This document shows, piece after piece, positions 13,001 through 27,900 of a DNA stretch of 64,000 nucleotides; position 1 is the stretch's first letter, and the number at the start of each line of letters is the position of its first letter. Origin of the DNA: Eledone cirrhosa (taxonomy: Eukaryota); assembly GCA_964016885.1 (NCBI GenBank), contig OZ024765.1, positions 7,316,001-7,380,000 on the forward strand. Reading direction: 5' to 3'. The notes under the pieces were generated by a model that did no database searches, was not told the DNA's origin, and worked only from the letters and a program-made list of their open reading frames with translations. The position numbers and the translations under genes were made by a program.

Positions 13001-16000
13001 TTTTTATCCATGTGGTAGTTTTGTATACTCCTCACCCGGATATCACATTCTTTTATGGTTGAACAAGACCTTGTTTCTGAATGGTGGACAATGAAATATT
13101 TCACAGGAGTCCCTAAAGTGTTAGTTTCTTTGGGGCTTCTGGCAAGCCATTGACTTCGGCTTCGAATTGCTGGGCATGAAGACTCATACCTCAAATGGTT
13201 ATCGTTTTCCTCCACTGCAAGAAACAATAAAAAAGATATGTATTCTTTTTTTGCTACTGGCCATCCCCTGAAGATTTTTATTTCTTCTTTAATTTCTCCT
13301 GTTTTCTGATGAAAGACTAGCGTCCGAAACGTTAAGACTCTTTTCCTATTATATCAAGCATAAAACTAATAATATATTTCATTCATTTTCATATCCGTTG
13401 ATATGCAACGGATATTTACATCTCCTATGTATTTTATCTGAGGAGAACACATTGGCAAATGTTATACAAATGTATATATTTACATTACTGTATATTTACA
13501 TTACTGTATATTTACATTACTCTATATTTACATTACTGTATATTTACATTACTCTATATTTACATTACTCTATATTTACATTACTCTATATTTACATTAC
13601 TCTATATTTACATTACTCTATATTTACATTACTCTATATTTACATTACTCTATATTTACATTACTCTATATTTACATTACTCTATATTTACATTACTCTA
13701 TATTTACATTACTCTATGTTTACATTACTGTATATTTACATTACTCTATATTTACATTACTCTATATTTACATTACTGTATATTTACATTACTGTATATT
13801 TACATTACTCTATATTTACATTACTGTATATTTACATTACTGTATATTTACATTACTCTATATTTACATTACTCTATATTTACATTACTCTATATTTACA
13901 TTACTCTATATTTACATTACTCTATATTTACATTACTCTTTATTTACATTACTCTATATTTACATTACTCTTTATTTACATTACTCTATATTTACATTAC
14001 TGTATATTTACATTACTCTATATTTACATTACTCTATATTTACATTACTCTATATTTACATTACTCTATATTTACATTACTCTATATTTACAGTACTGTA
14101 TATTTACATTACTCTATATTTACATTACTGTATATTTACATTACTCTATATTTACATTACTGTATATTTACATTACTGTATATTTACATTACTCTATATT
14201 TACATTACTGTATATTTACATTACTCTATATTTACATTACTCTATATTTACATTACTCTATATTTACATTACTCTATATTTACATTACTCTTTATTTACA
14301 TTACTCTATATTTACATTACTCTTTATTTACATTACTCTATATTTACATTACTCTATATTTACATTACTGTATATTTACATTACTGTATATTTACATTAC
14401 TCTATATTTACATTACTGTATATTTACATTACTGTATATTTACATTACTCTATATTTACATTACTGTATATTTACATTACTGTATATTTACATTACTCTA
14501 TATTTACATTACTGTATATTTACATTACTCTATATTTACATTACTCTATATTTACATTACTCTATATTTACATTACTCTATATTTACATTACTCTATATT
14601 TACATTACTCTATATTTACATTACTGTATATTTACATTACTCTATATTTACATTACTCTATATTTACATTACTCTATATTTACATTACTCTATATTTACA
14701 TTACTCTATATTTACATTACTGTATATTTACATTACTCTATATTTACATTACTCTATATTTACATTACTCTATATTTACATTACTGTATATTTACATTAC
14801 TCTATATTTACATTACTCTATATTTACATTACTCTATATTTACATTACTCTATATTTACGTTACTCTATATTTACATTACTCTATATTTACATTACTCTA
14901 TATTTACATTACTCTATATTTACATTACTCTATATTTACATTACTCTATATTTACATTACTCTATATTTACATTACTCTATATTTACATTACTCTATATT
15001 TACATTACTGTATATTTACATTACTCTATATTTACATTACTCTATATTTACATTACTCTATATTTACATTACTGTATATTTACATTACTCTATATTTACA
15101 TTACTCTATATTTACATTACTCTATATTTACATTACTCTATATTTACGTTACTCTATATTTACATTACTGTATATTTACATTACTGTATATTTACATTAC
15201 TCTATATTTACATTACTCTATATTTACATTACTCTATATTTACATTACTCTATATTTACATTACTCTATATTTACATTACTCTATATTTACATTACTGTA
15301 TATTTACATTACTCTATATTTACATTACTCTATATTTACATTACTCTATATTTACATTACTCTATATTTACATTACTGTATATTTACATTACTCTATATT
15401 TACATTACTGTATATTTACATTACTCTATATTTACATTACTCTATATTTACATTACTGTATATTTACATTACTGTATATTTACATTACTCTATATTTACA
15501 TTACTGTATATTTACATTACTGTATATTTACATTACTCTATATTTACATTACTGTATATTTACATTACTCTATATTTACATTACTCTATATTTACATTAC
15601 TCTATATTTACATTACTCTATATTTACATTACTCTTTATTTACATTACTCTATATTTACATTACTCTTTATTTACATTACTCTATATTTACATTACTCTA
15701 TATTTACATTACTCTATATTTACATTACTCTATATTTACATTACTGTATATTTACATTACTCTATATTTACATTACTGTATATTTACATTACTCTATATT
15801 TACATTACTGTATATTTACATTACTGTATATTTACATTACTCTATATTTACATTACTGTATATTTACATTACTCTATATTTACATTACTCTATATTTACA
15901 TTACTCTATATTTACATTACTCTATATTTACATTACTCTTTATTTACATTACTCTATATTTACATTACTCTTTATTTACATTACTCTATATTTACATTAC

Positions 16001-19000
16001 TCTATATTTACATTACTGTATATTTACATTACTGTATATTTACATTACTCTATATTTACATTACTGTATATTTACATTACTCTATATTTACATTACTGTA
16101 TATTTACATTACTGTATATTTACATTACTCTATATTTACATTACTGTATATTTACATTACTGTATATTTACATTACTCTATATTTACATTACTGTATATT
16201 TACATTACTCTATATTTACATTACTCTATATTTACATTACTCTATATTTACATTACTCTATATTTACATTACTCTATATTTACATTACTCTATATTTACA
16301 TTACTGTATATTTACATTACTCTATATTTACATTACTCTATATTTACATTACTCTATATTTACATTACTGTATATTTACATTACTCTATATTTACATTAC
16401 TGTATATTTACATTACTCTATATTTACATTACTCTATATTTACGTTACTCTATATTTACATTACTCTATATTTACGTTACTCTATATTTACATTACTCTA
16501 TATTTACATTACTCTATATTTACGTTACTCTATATTTACATTACTCTATATTTACATTACTCTATATTTACATTACTCTATATTTACATTACTGTATATT
16601 TACATTACTCTATATTTACATTACTCTATATTTACGTTACTCTATATTTACATTACTCTATATTTACGTTACTGTATATTTACATTACTCTATATTTACA
16701 TTACTCTATATTTACATTACTCTATATTTACATTACTCTATATTTACATTACTCTATATTTACATTACTCTATATTTACATTACTCTATATTTACGTTAC
16801 TGTATATTTACATTACTCTATATTTACGTTACTCTATATTTACATTACTCTATATTTACGTTACTGTATATTTACATTACTCTATATTTACATTACTCTA
16901 TATTTACATTACTCTATATTTACATTACTGTATATTTACATTACTCTATATTTACATTACTCTATATTTACATTACTCTATATTTACGTTACTCTATATT
17001 TACATTACTCTATATTTACATTACTCTATATTTACATTACTCTATATTTACATTACTCTATATTTACATTACTCTATATTTACGTTACTCTATATTTACA
17101 TTACTGTATATTTACATTACTGTATATTTACATTACTCTATATTTACATTACTGTATATTTACATTACTCTATATTTACATTACTCTATATTTACATTAC
17201 TCTATATTTACATTACTCTATATTTACGTTACTCTATATTTACATTACTCTATATTTACATTACTGTATATTTACATTACTCTATATTTACATTACTCTA
17301 TATTTACATTACTGTATATTTACATTACTCTATATTTACATTACTCTATATTTACATTACTCTATATTTACATTACTCTATATTTACGTTACTCTATATT
17401 TACATTACTCTATATTTACATTACTCTATATTTACATTACTCTATATTTACATTACTCTATATTTACATTACTCTATATTTACATTACTCTATATTTACA
17501 TTACTCTATATTTACATTACTCTATATTTACATTACTCTATATTTACATTACTGTATATTTACATTACTCTATATTTACATTACTCTATATTTACATTAC
17601 TCTATATTTACATTACTCTATATTTACATTACTCTATATTTACATTACTCTATATTTACATTACTGTATATTTACATTACTCTATATTTACATTACTCTA
17701 TATTTACATTACTGTATATTTACATTACTGTATATTTACATTACTCTATATTTACATTACTGTATATTTACATTACTGTATATTTACATTACTCTATATT
17801 TACATTACTGTATATTTACATTACTCTATATTTACATTACTCTATATTTACATTACTCTATATTTACATTACTCTATATTTACATTACTCTTTATTTACA
17901 TTACTCTATATTTACATTACTCTTTATTTACATTACTCTATATTTACATTACTCTATATTTACATTACTCTATATTTACATTACTCTATATTTACATTAC
18001 TGTATATTTACATTACTCTATATTTACATTACTGTATATTTACATTACTCTATATTTACATTACTGTATATTTACATTACTGTATATTTACATTACTCTA
18101 TATTTACATTACTGTATATTTACATTACTCTATATTTACATTACTCTATATTTACATTACTCTATATTTACATTACTCTTTATTTACATTACTCTATATT
18201 TACATTACTCTTTATTTACATTACTCTATATTTACATTACTCTATATTTACATTACTGTATATTTACATTACTGTATATTTACATTACTCTATATTTACA
18301 TTACTCTATATTTACATTACTCTATATTTACATTACTCTATATTTACATTACTCTATATTTACATTACTCTATATTTACATTACTCTATATTTACATTAC
18401 TCTATATTTACATTACTCTATATTTACATTACTGTATATTTACATTACTCTATATTTACATTACTCTATATTTACATTACTCTATATTTACATTACTCTA
18501 TATTTACATTACTCTATATTTACATTACTCTATATTTACATTACTGTATATTTATATTACTCTATATTTACATTACTCTATATTTACATTACTCTATATT
18601 TACATTACTGTATATTTACATTACTCTATATTTACATTACTGTATATTTACATTACTCTATATTTACATTACTCTATATTTACGTTACTCTATATTTACA
18701 TTACTCTATATTTACGTTACTCTATATTTACATTACTCTATATTTACATTACTCTATATTTACTTTACTCTATATTTACATTACTGTATATTTACATTAC
18801 TGTATATTTATATTACTCTATATTTACATTACTGTATATTTACATTACTCTATATTTACATTACTCTATATTTACATTACTGTATATTTACATTACTCTA
18901 TATTTACATTACTCTATATTTACATTACTCTATATTTACATTACTCTATATTTACGTTACTCTATATTTACATTACTCTATATTTACATTACTGTATATT

Positions 19001-22000
19001 TACATTACTGTATATTTACATTACTCTATATTTACATTACTGTATATTTACATTACTCTATATTTACATTACTCTATATTTACATTACTCTATATTTACA
19101 TTACTCTATATTTACGTTACTCTATATTTACATTACTCTATATTTACATTACTCTATATTTACATTACTGTATATTTACATTACTGTATATTTACATTAC
19201 TCTATAATTACATTACTGTATATTTACATTACTCTATATTTACATTACTCTATATTTACATTACTGTATATTTACATTACTTTATATTTACATTACTCTA
19301 TATTTACATTACTCTATATTTACATTACTCTATATTTACATTACTCTATATTTAGATTACTCTATATTTACATTACTCTATATTTACATTACTCTATATT
19401 TACATTACTCTATATTTACATTACTCTATATTTACCTTACTGTATATTTACATTACTCTATATTTACACTACTCTATATTTACATTACTCTATATTTACA
19501 TTACTCTATATTTACATTACTCTATATTTACATTACTCTATATTTACATTACTCTATATTTACATTACTCTATATTTACATTATTGTATATTTACATTAC
19601 TCTATATTTACATTACCGTATATTTACATTACTCTATATTTACATTACTCTATATTTACATTACTCTATATTTACATTACTCTATATTTACATTACTCTA
19701 TATTTACATTACTGTATATTTACATTACTCTATATTTACATTACTCTATATTTACATTACTCTATATTTACATTACTCTATATTTACATTACTCTATATT
19801 TACATTACTCTATATTTACATTACTCTATATTTACATTACTCTATATTTACATTACTCTATATTTACATTACTCTATATTTACATTACTCTATATTTACA
19901 TTACTCTATATTTACATTACTCTATATTTACATTACTCTATATTTACATTACTCTATATTTACTATTGTATTTTCATGGTAAACATTTTATTTCACGTAA
20001 TTATTTTACATAATATCGAATCTATGAGATTTTGATATTATTTATTTTGAGAACAATACCTTGACATAAGTATGAGCAGCCGGTTATGGCTGGTTTGAAC
20101 AGAATGACGTGAGAGAATCCTGGCCAGATATGGTCGGTTTAAATGCTAAAGGGTTAAACCAGGCAAAGCTCACCCCATCCCCTCTCCAATCCTTAACACA
20201 GTTGACTATGTTCTTCCGGAGAGAGAGAGAGAGAGAGGGAATGAGGTGATATAGAGGAAGAATTGACCCCAGTTCTGGGCTGGTTTTAACAGAATGGCGT
20301 GAGAGAATCCTGGCCGGATATGCCCGGTTTAAATGCTAAAGAGTTAAGTGAAAGGTGTTCATCTCTGATCCATCATGGTGCAAGAAAAAAACAATATTAG
20401 AAACATGCATAGATTTTACTCACAAGATAAATATTTGTATGTACGGGCAAATTGATGAGTCTATATTACCACTAGAAATAGCAGTGAATATAGGCTGTCT
20501 AACAACTCAACATTTAACACTTTACCATTTAAACCGGCCGTATCCGGCCAGAATTCTCTCACCTCATTTTATTCAAACCGGCCGCTCATACTAATGTATG
20601 AGTTAGGTAAATATGTAGGTGGGTAGGTAGATAGGTAAGTATGTAAAACAAGCATCAAATCATGCTGGCTTCATTTCTCTTCAGCCCTTAAGATATCTTC
20701 TGGATGTTTGTCAGAATTACTTACGCTTCCTTGAGCATTTGTCGAATTTGAGAACAGCAGTGGAAATAAGGGCTGTTTCCTAAAAGTTAACAAAAGAAAA
20801 TTGAAAAAAAGGCGTCAAAAAATCGAAGATAATAATTTAGGGAGTTAGGAAAGTTGACGAAATAAACCCAAATACTCCCTGTATATACTCAAATATAAGC
20901 TGACCCCTCTACTTTATGTTTGAGAAAGGGACAACATTTATTTACATAGAATTTGAGGTTGGTGAAAATTGTCACTTCTACCACACTATTAAAAGGTTAA
21001 AGAAAGGAGACGTGTGTGTATGTGAACGCGGCATCGGACCATAGACTACACAGCACCTCCTGATATGCCCCCTGCTGGAACACCCCTGCACAGCATTGGA
21101 CTTGGCAGAGTTTAATGAGAAAGGACAGCAATGTTTTCAGGCTGTGGTGGAACCACATCTAGCCAAGCTTTGTAACTGACTCTCTTGTGGTCACAACAAG
21201 AAGGAGACTCTCATTTATTCTTATATATATATATATATAGTGTATATATAATGTTGTATATATATATGTATATAGTGGTTTCTTGTCTGTTTCTTGGTTA
21301 GTGTGGTGTATATATAGTGTGGTATATTATATATAGTGTGTATATATAGTGTGGTGTATATAGTGTGTATATATAGTGACTTTACTTTAAAGGACAGGGA
21401 CGTTTTGTGTGACTGCGGCATCGGACCACAGACTACACAACACTTCCTGATATGCCCCCTGCTGGACCACCCCTGCACAGCATTGGACTTGGCAGAGTTT
21501 AATGAGAAAGGACAGCAATGTTTTCAGCTGTGGTGGAACCACATCTAGCCAAGCTTTGTAACTGACTCTCTTGTGGACACGACAAGCAGAATTCCACTTA
21601 TTGTGGACAGCTGGCAGCAGTATTAAATTCCCAGCAACAAATATTGTGTGACAAGTAGAGAATAACAATAATAACAATAATAATAATAATAATTGCTTCT
21701 ACATTTGGCACAAGGCCAGCAATTACTCAGTACATTACTGGTACTTTATTTTATCGACCCCGTAAGGATGAAAAGCAAAGTTAACCTCGGCGGGATTTGA
21801 ACTCAGACTGTAAAGTGATGTAACTATGCTTGAAAGCATGGTGTCTGACGCTCTACCGATTCTGCCAATCTACCACCCTACAATAATAATAATAATTGTT
21901 TCTACTTTAGGCACAAGGCCAGCAATTACCCAGTGCATTACTGGTTCTTTATTTTATCGACCCCATAAGGATGAAAGGCAAAGTTAACCTCGGCGAGATT

Positions 22001-24898
22001 TGAACTCAGTCCGTAAAGGGACGTAACTATGCTGCAAAGCATGGCGTCCGACCCTCTACCGATACTGCCAATTCACCGAATAATAATACATGAAATCAAG
22101 GTCGTCCCGATTGTCATAGGAGCACTAGGTACTATCTCAAAGAGTTTCCAAGGATGATTAAAGAAGATAAGTCCAGCCCTGTTTTTTGGAACACTTCAAA
22201 AGGCATGCTTGCTAGGAACAGCAAGAACCTTCCGATACATCCTGAATATCTGAGGCTGTAGGGAGTGGCTTGATATTCATTTCAACAAACTTTCCAGTTA
22301 AATAACATCAATGACTGAGACTCAAAGAATAATAATAATTGTTTCTACTTTTGGCACAAGGCCAGCAATTATCCCAGTGCATTACTGGTACTTTATTTTA
22401 TCGACCCCGTAAGGATGAGAGGCGAAGTTAACCTCGGCGGGATTTGAACTCAGAATGGCAAGGGCCGTAACTCTATGCGCCAAAGCATGGCATCCGACCC
22501 TCTACCAATTAATAATAATAATGATGATGATGATGATGTGGTAGTGGTGGTGGTGATGATGATGTTGATGGTGATGGTTTCTTTATACACCATCAAGAAA
22601 AACATTAGAACGACACAGGACAAAAGCGTGTGTGCTGGTGTGTGTACACGTTTGTTGGTGTGTGTACACGTTTGTTGGTGTGTGTACACGTTTGTTGGTG
22701 TGTGTACACGTTTGTTGGTGTGTGTACATGTATGTTATGTGTGTAAACTGATTTAACAATAGTTTAAAAAGCGAATAATAATTGTTTCTACTTTAGGCAC
22801 AAGGCCAGCAATTACTCAGTACATTACTGGTACTTTATTTTATCGACCCCGTAAGGATGAAAGGCAAAGTTAACCTTGGCGGGATTTGAACTCAGAATGG
22901 TAAGGGCCGTAACTCTATGCGTCAAAGCATACCAATCCAAACCCTCTACCAATACTGCCAATCCACCGCCCTTTCTACTTTAGGCAAAAGCCAACAATTT
23001 TGGGGGAAAGGGAAAGTCGATTAAATGAACCCCAGTGCATTACTGGTACTTCATTTTATCAACACCGTAAGGATGAAAAGCTAAGCTAACCTCGGTGGGA
23101 TTTGAACTCAGAACGTAAAGGGTCATAACTAAATGCCATAAAGCATGGTGTCTGACGTTCAATAATAATAATAATTGTTTCTACTTTAGGCACAAGGCCA
23201 GCAATTTTGGGGGAGGGGGAAAGTCGATTAAATCGACTCAGTGCATTACTGCTACTTCTTTTTATCAACCCTGTAAAGCAAAGGTTCTCAACGGGGGGCA
23301 TATGCACCCCCCTTTTTTAGGATCTCAATTACCGGTTAACGTTTCAATTATCGGACATGCCTGCACACCTGCTCACAGCTGCGGTCAGACTATAGTTATG
23401 CTGTCTGCAGCTGTGAGCAGATGTGCAGGCATGTCCGGTAATTGAGATCCTAAAAATGGGAAAACCCACAGTCAACTGGGTCAAAGACACTTTGAGCGAT
23501 AACAATGTATTCATGTCTGAAATTATTGACTCAACCGTAACGAGTTAACACTATGTAGATCTATTTTATTGCCTATTGTATAAATAATATTACAAATAAA
23601 AAAAAAGAAAAGAAAAAAACAGAAGCGAGTAGAACACACATCTAGGACCACATACAACACATAATCAGGTAATACACACACCTAGGACCACATACAACAC
23701 ATAATCAGGTAATACACACATCTAGGACCACATACAACACATAATCAGATAATACACACATCTAGGACCACATACAACACATAATCAGATAATACACACA
23801 TCTAGGACCACATACAACCCATAATCAGGTAATACACACATCTAGGACCACATACAACACATAATCAGATAATACACACATCTAGGACCACATACAACAC
23901 ATAATCAGGTAATACACACATCTAGGACCACATACAACGCATAATCAGGTAATACACACATCTAGGACCACATACAACACATAATCAGGTAATACACACA
24001 TCTAGGACCACATACAACACATAATCAGGTAATACACACATCTAGGACCACATACAACACATAATCAGGTAATACACACATCTAGGACCACATACAACAC
24101 ATAATCAGGTAATACACACATCTAGGACCACATACAACGCATAATCAGGTAATACACACATCTAGGACCACATACAACACATAATCAGGTAATACACACA
24201 TCTAGGACCACATACAACACATAATCAGGTAATACACACATCTAGGACCACATACAACACATAATCAGGTAATACACACATCTAGGACCACATACAACAC
24301 ATAATCAGGTAATACACACATCTAGGACCACATACAACACATAATCAGGTAATACACACATCTAGGACCACATACAACACATAATCAGGTAATACACACA
24401 TCTAGGACCACATACAACGCATAATCAGGTAATACACACATCTAGGACCACATACAACACATAATCAGGTAATACACACATCTTTGGAATATTGTTAATC
24501 AATTTTTTAGTAATCTACTGATATAAAAATCAGTAGTATATTGAAAAATGAAAAAATAGGGTGGTGGGGGTAGGGGGCGTTTCGTGATTTTGGGTGTTTC
24601 CTAAATGGGTTGAGAACCTGTGCTGTAAAGAATGAAAGACAAAGCTAACCCTAGTGGAATTTGAACTGAGAAGACAAAGGGAGATAACTCTATGGCGTCC
24701 GACCCTCTACCAATACTGTCAATTGTCAATCCACCGCCATTGCAAATCCAACAATAATAACAATATTTGACATATTTCCGCCCATTTATTGTTTATGTGC
24801 CCCCTTCCTTCCTTTCTCTTTCTCCTCTCTTCACTCTCATTACCACCACCACCACCACCACTACTACTACTACTACTACCGCCACCACTACTACCACC

Positions 24899-24930
<32 letters not shown>

Positions 24931-27900
24931 CGCCACCACTACTACCACCACTACCACCACCACCACCACTACTACTACTAGTACTACTACCACCACTACC
25001 ACCACCACTACTATTACTACTACTACTACCGCCACCACCACTACTACTACTATTACCACCACCACTACTACTACCACCACTACTACTACTATTACCACCA
25101 CCGCTACTACCACCGCCACCACTACTACTACTATTACCACCACCACTACTACTACCACCACCACCACCACCACCACCACCACCACCACCACCACTACTAC
25201 TATTACCACCATCACCACCACCACTACTACTACCAGTATTACCACCACCACCACCACTACTACCACCACCACCACTACTACTACTACTATTACCACCACC
25301 ACTACTACCACCACCACCACCACCACCACCACCACCACCACCACTACTACTATTACCACCATCACCACCACCACTACTACTACCAGTATTACCACCACCA
25401 CCACCACTACTACCACCACCACCACTACTACTACTACTATTACCACCACCACTACTACCACCACCACCACCACCACCACCACCACCACCACCACCACCAC
25501 CACCACCACTACTACTATTACCACCATCACCACCACCACTACTACTACCAGTATTACCACCACCACCACCACTACTACCACCACCACCACTACTACTACT
25601 ACTATTACCACCACCACTACTACCACCACCACCACCACTACTACTACCGCCACCACCACTACTACCACCACCATCACCACCACCACTACTACTACCAGTA
25701 TTACCACCACCACCACCACTACTACCACCACCACCACCACTACTACTACCGCCACCACCACCGCCACCACCACCACCACCACCACCACCACCACCACCAC
25801 CACTACTACTATTACCACCACCACCACCACCACTACTACTACCAGTATTACCACCACCACCACCACTACTACCACCACCACCACCGCTACTACCACCGCC
25901 ACCACTACTACTACTACTATTACCACCACCACTACCACCACTACTACTACCAGTATTACCACCACCACCACCACTACTACCACCACCACCACCACTACTA
26001 CTACTATTACCACCATCACCACCACCACTACTACTACCAGTATTACCACCACCACCACCACTACTACCACCACCACCACTACTACTACTACTATTACCAC
26101 CACCACCACTACTACTACCGCCACCACCACCGCCACCACCACCACCACCACCACCACCACCACCACCACCACTACTACTATTACCACCACCACCACCACC
26201 ACTACTACTACCAGTATTACCACCACCACCACCACTACTACCACCACCACCACCGCTACTACCACCGCCACCACTACTACTACTACTATTACCACCACCA
26301 CTACCACCACTACTACTACCAGTATTACCACCACCACCACCACTACTACCACCACCACCACCACTACTACTACTATTACCACCATCACCACCACCACTAC
26401 TACTACCAGTATTACCACCACCACCACCACTACTACCACCACCACCACTACTACTACTACTATTACCACCACCACTACCACCAGATTTGGGGAATTGTTT
26501 TGTTTTAAATGTATATTTTGTAGTCTGTATTGTCGTCTTAATGTAAGCCCTGTGTGGCTAATAAAGAAACCATGGATTGGCAGATTTGGTATAGTGTCGA
26601 ACAACATGCTCAGCAGCATAGAGTTACGGCCATTTACGTTCTGAGTTCAAATCCCGCCGAGGTTAGCTATGCCTTTCATCATTTCGGGGTCGATAAAATA
26701 AAGTACCAGTCACGCACTGGGGTCGATTCAATTGACGGCCCCCTCCCCCAAGATTGCTGGCCTTGTGCCAAAATAAGAAACCATTATTAGTGGATTGGCA
26801 GAATCAGTAGAGCGTCAGACACCATGCTTTGCAGCATAGAGTTATGGCCATTTGCGTTCTGAGTTCCTGCTGGGGTTAACTTTGCCTTTCATCCTTACGG
26901 GGTCGATTCAATTCAGAGAAGCAGCAGCTCTACCTGGAGTGACTCTGATCTCCAAGCTACAAATATGTCCAGTGATTCTTTCCTGAGACATTCTAACCAC
27001 ATATCCATAGTATCAGAGCTGTGATCTCTCAATTCAGAGAAGTAGCAGCTCTACCTGGAGTGACTCTCTGATCTCTGAGCTACAAATCTGTCCAGTGATT
27101 CTTTCTTGAGACATTCTAACCACATGTCCATAGTATCAGAGCTGTGATCTCTCAATTCAGAGAAGTAGCAGCTCTACCTGGAGTGACTCTGATCTCTGAG
27201 CTACAAATCTGTCCAGTGATTCTTTCTTGAGACATTCTAACCACATGTCCATAGTATCAGAGCTGTGATCTCTCAATTCAGAGAAGCAGCAGCTCTACCT
27301 GGAGTGACTCTGATCTCTGAGCTACAAATCTGTCCAGTGATTCTTTCTTGAGACGTTCTAACCACATGTCCATAGTATCAGAGCTGTGATCTCTCAATTC
27401 AGAGAAGTAGCAGCTCTACCTGGAGTGACTCTCTGATCATCGAGCTACACACTTTACCGAGTAATGTTACTCCAAAATCCCTTCGGAGGAACCCCCATTT
27501 CGGCCACTTGTATTCACAATCATTTTCTTTTGGCCATTACGCAAGATTCCTGACCGTAGGTAAGGTCAGCCCCTTCTTTCCTCAATAATTAAATACTTGT
27601 TTCTACTTTAGGCACAAGGCCAGCAATTACCCAGTGCATTACTGGTACTTTATTTTATCGACCCCGTAAGGATGAAAGGCAAAGTCAACCTCAATAATTA
27701 AATACTGTTGTCTGTGTATCTGTTTATGTATTTATGTGTGTGTATTTAACTAAAGTGTAACATTGAAACGAATAGACGAAACAAACTAAGAAATATAATA
27801 AGAGGTAACTCACTTGGTTTTTCAACAAAACAAGAGTATATTGTTTTGTATAGAGAACTACTCTGAAGCACTGCCCTGGTTTTAAATCTGACCCATATGG

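Noticed and set aside
13398-20013. 1985 aa and 2184 aa ORFs (YIYITLYLHYSIFTLL repeats)
   Set aside because: Translation of a stop-free 13 bp satellite; open in several frames and intronic antisense to PGRP.
24767-26644. Poly-Thr, poly-Pro and poly-Val ORFs (also 11697-12992, 42512-44255, 47590-48245, 59349-60435) resembling mucins or extensins
   Set aside because: Trinucleotide repeat artefacts in introns; only the short spliced exons at their edges are coding.
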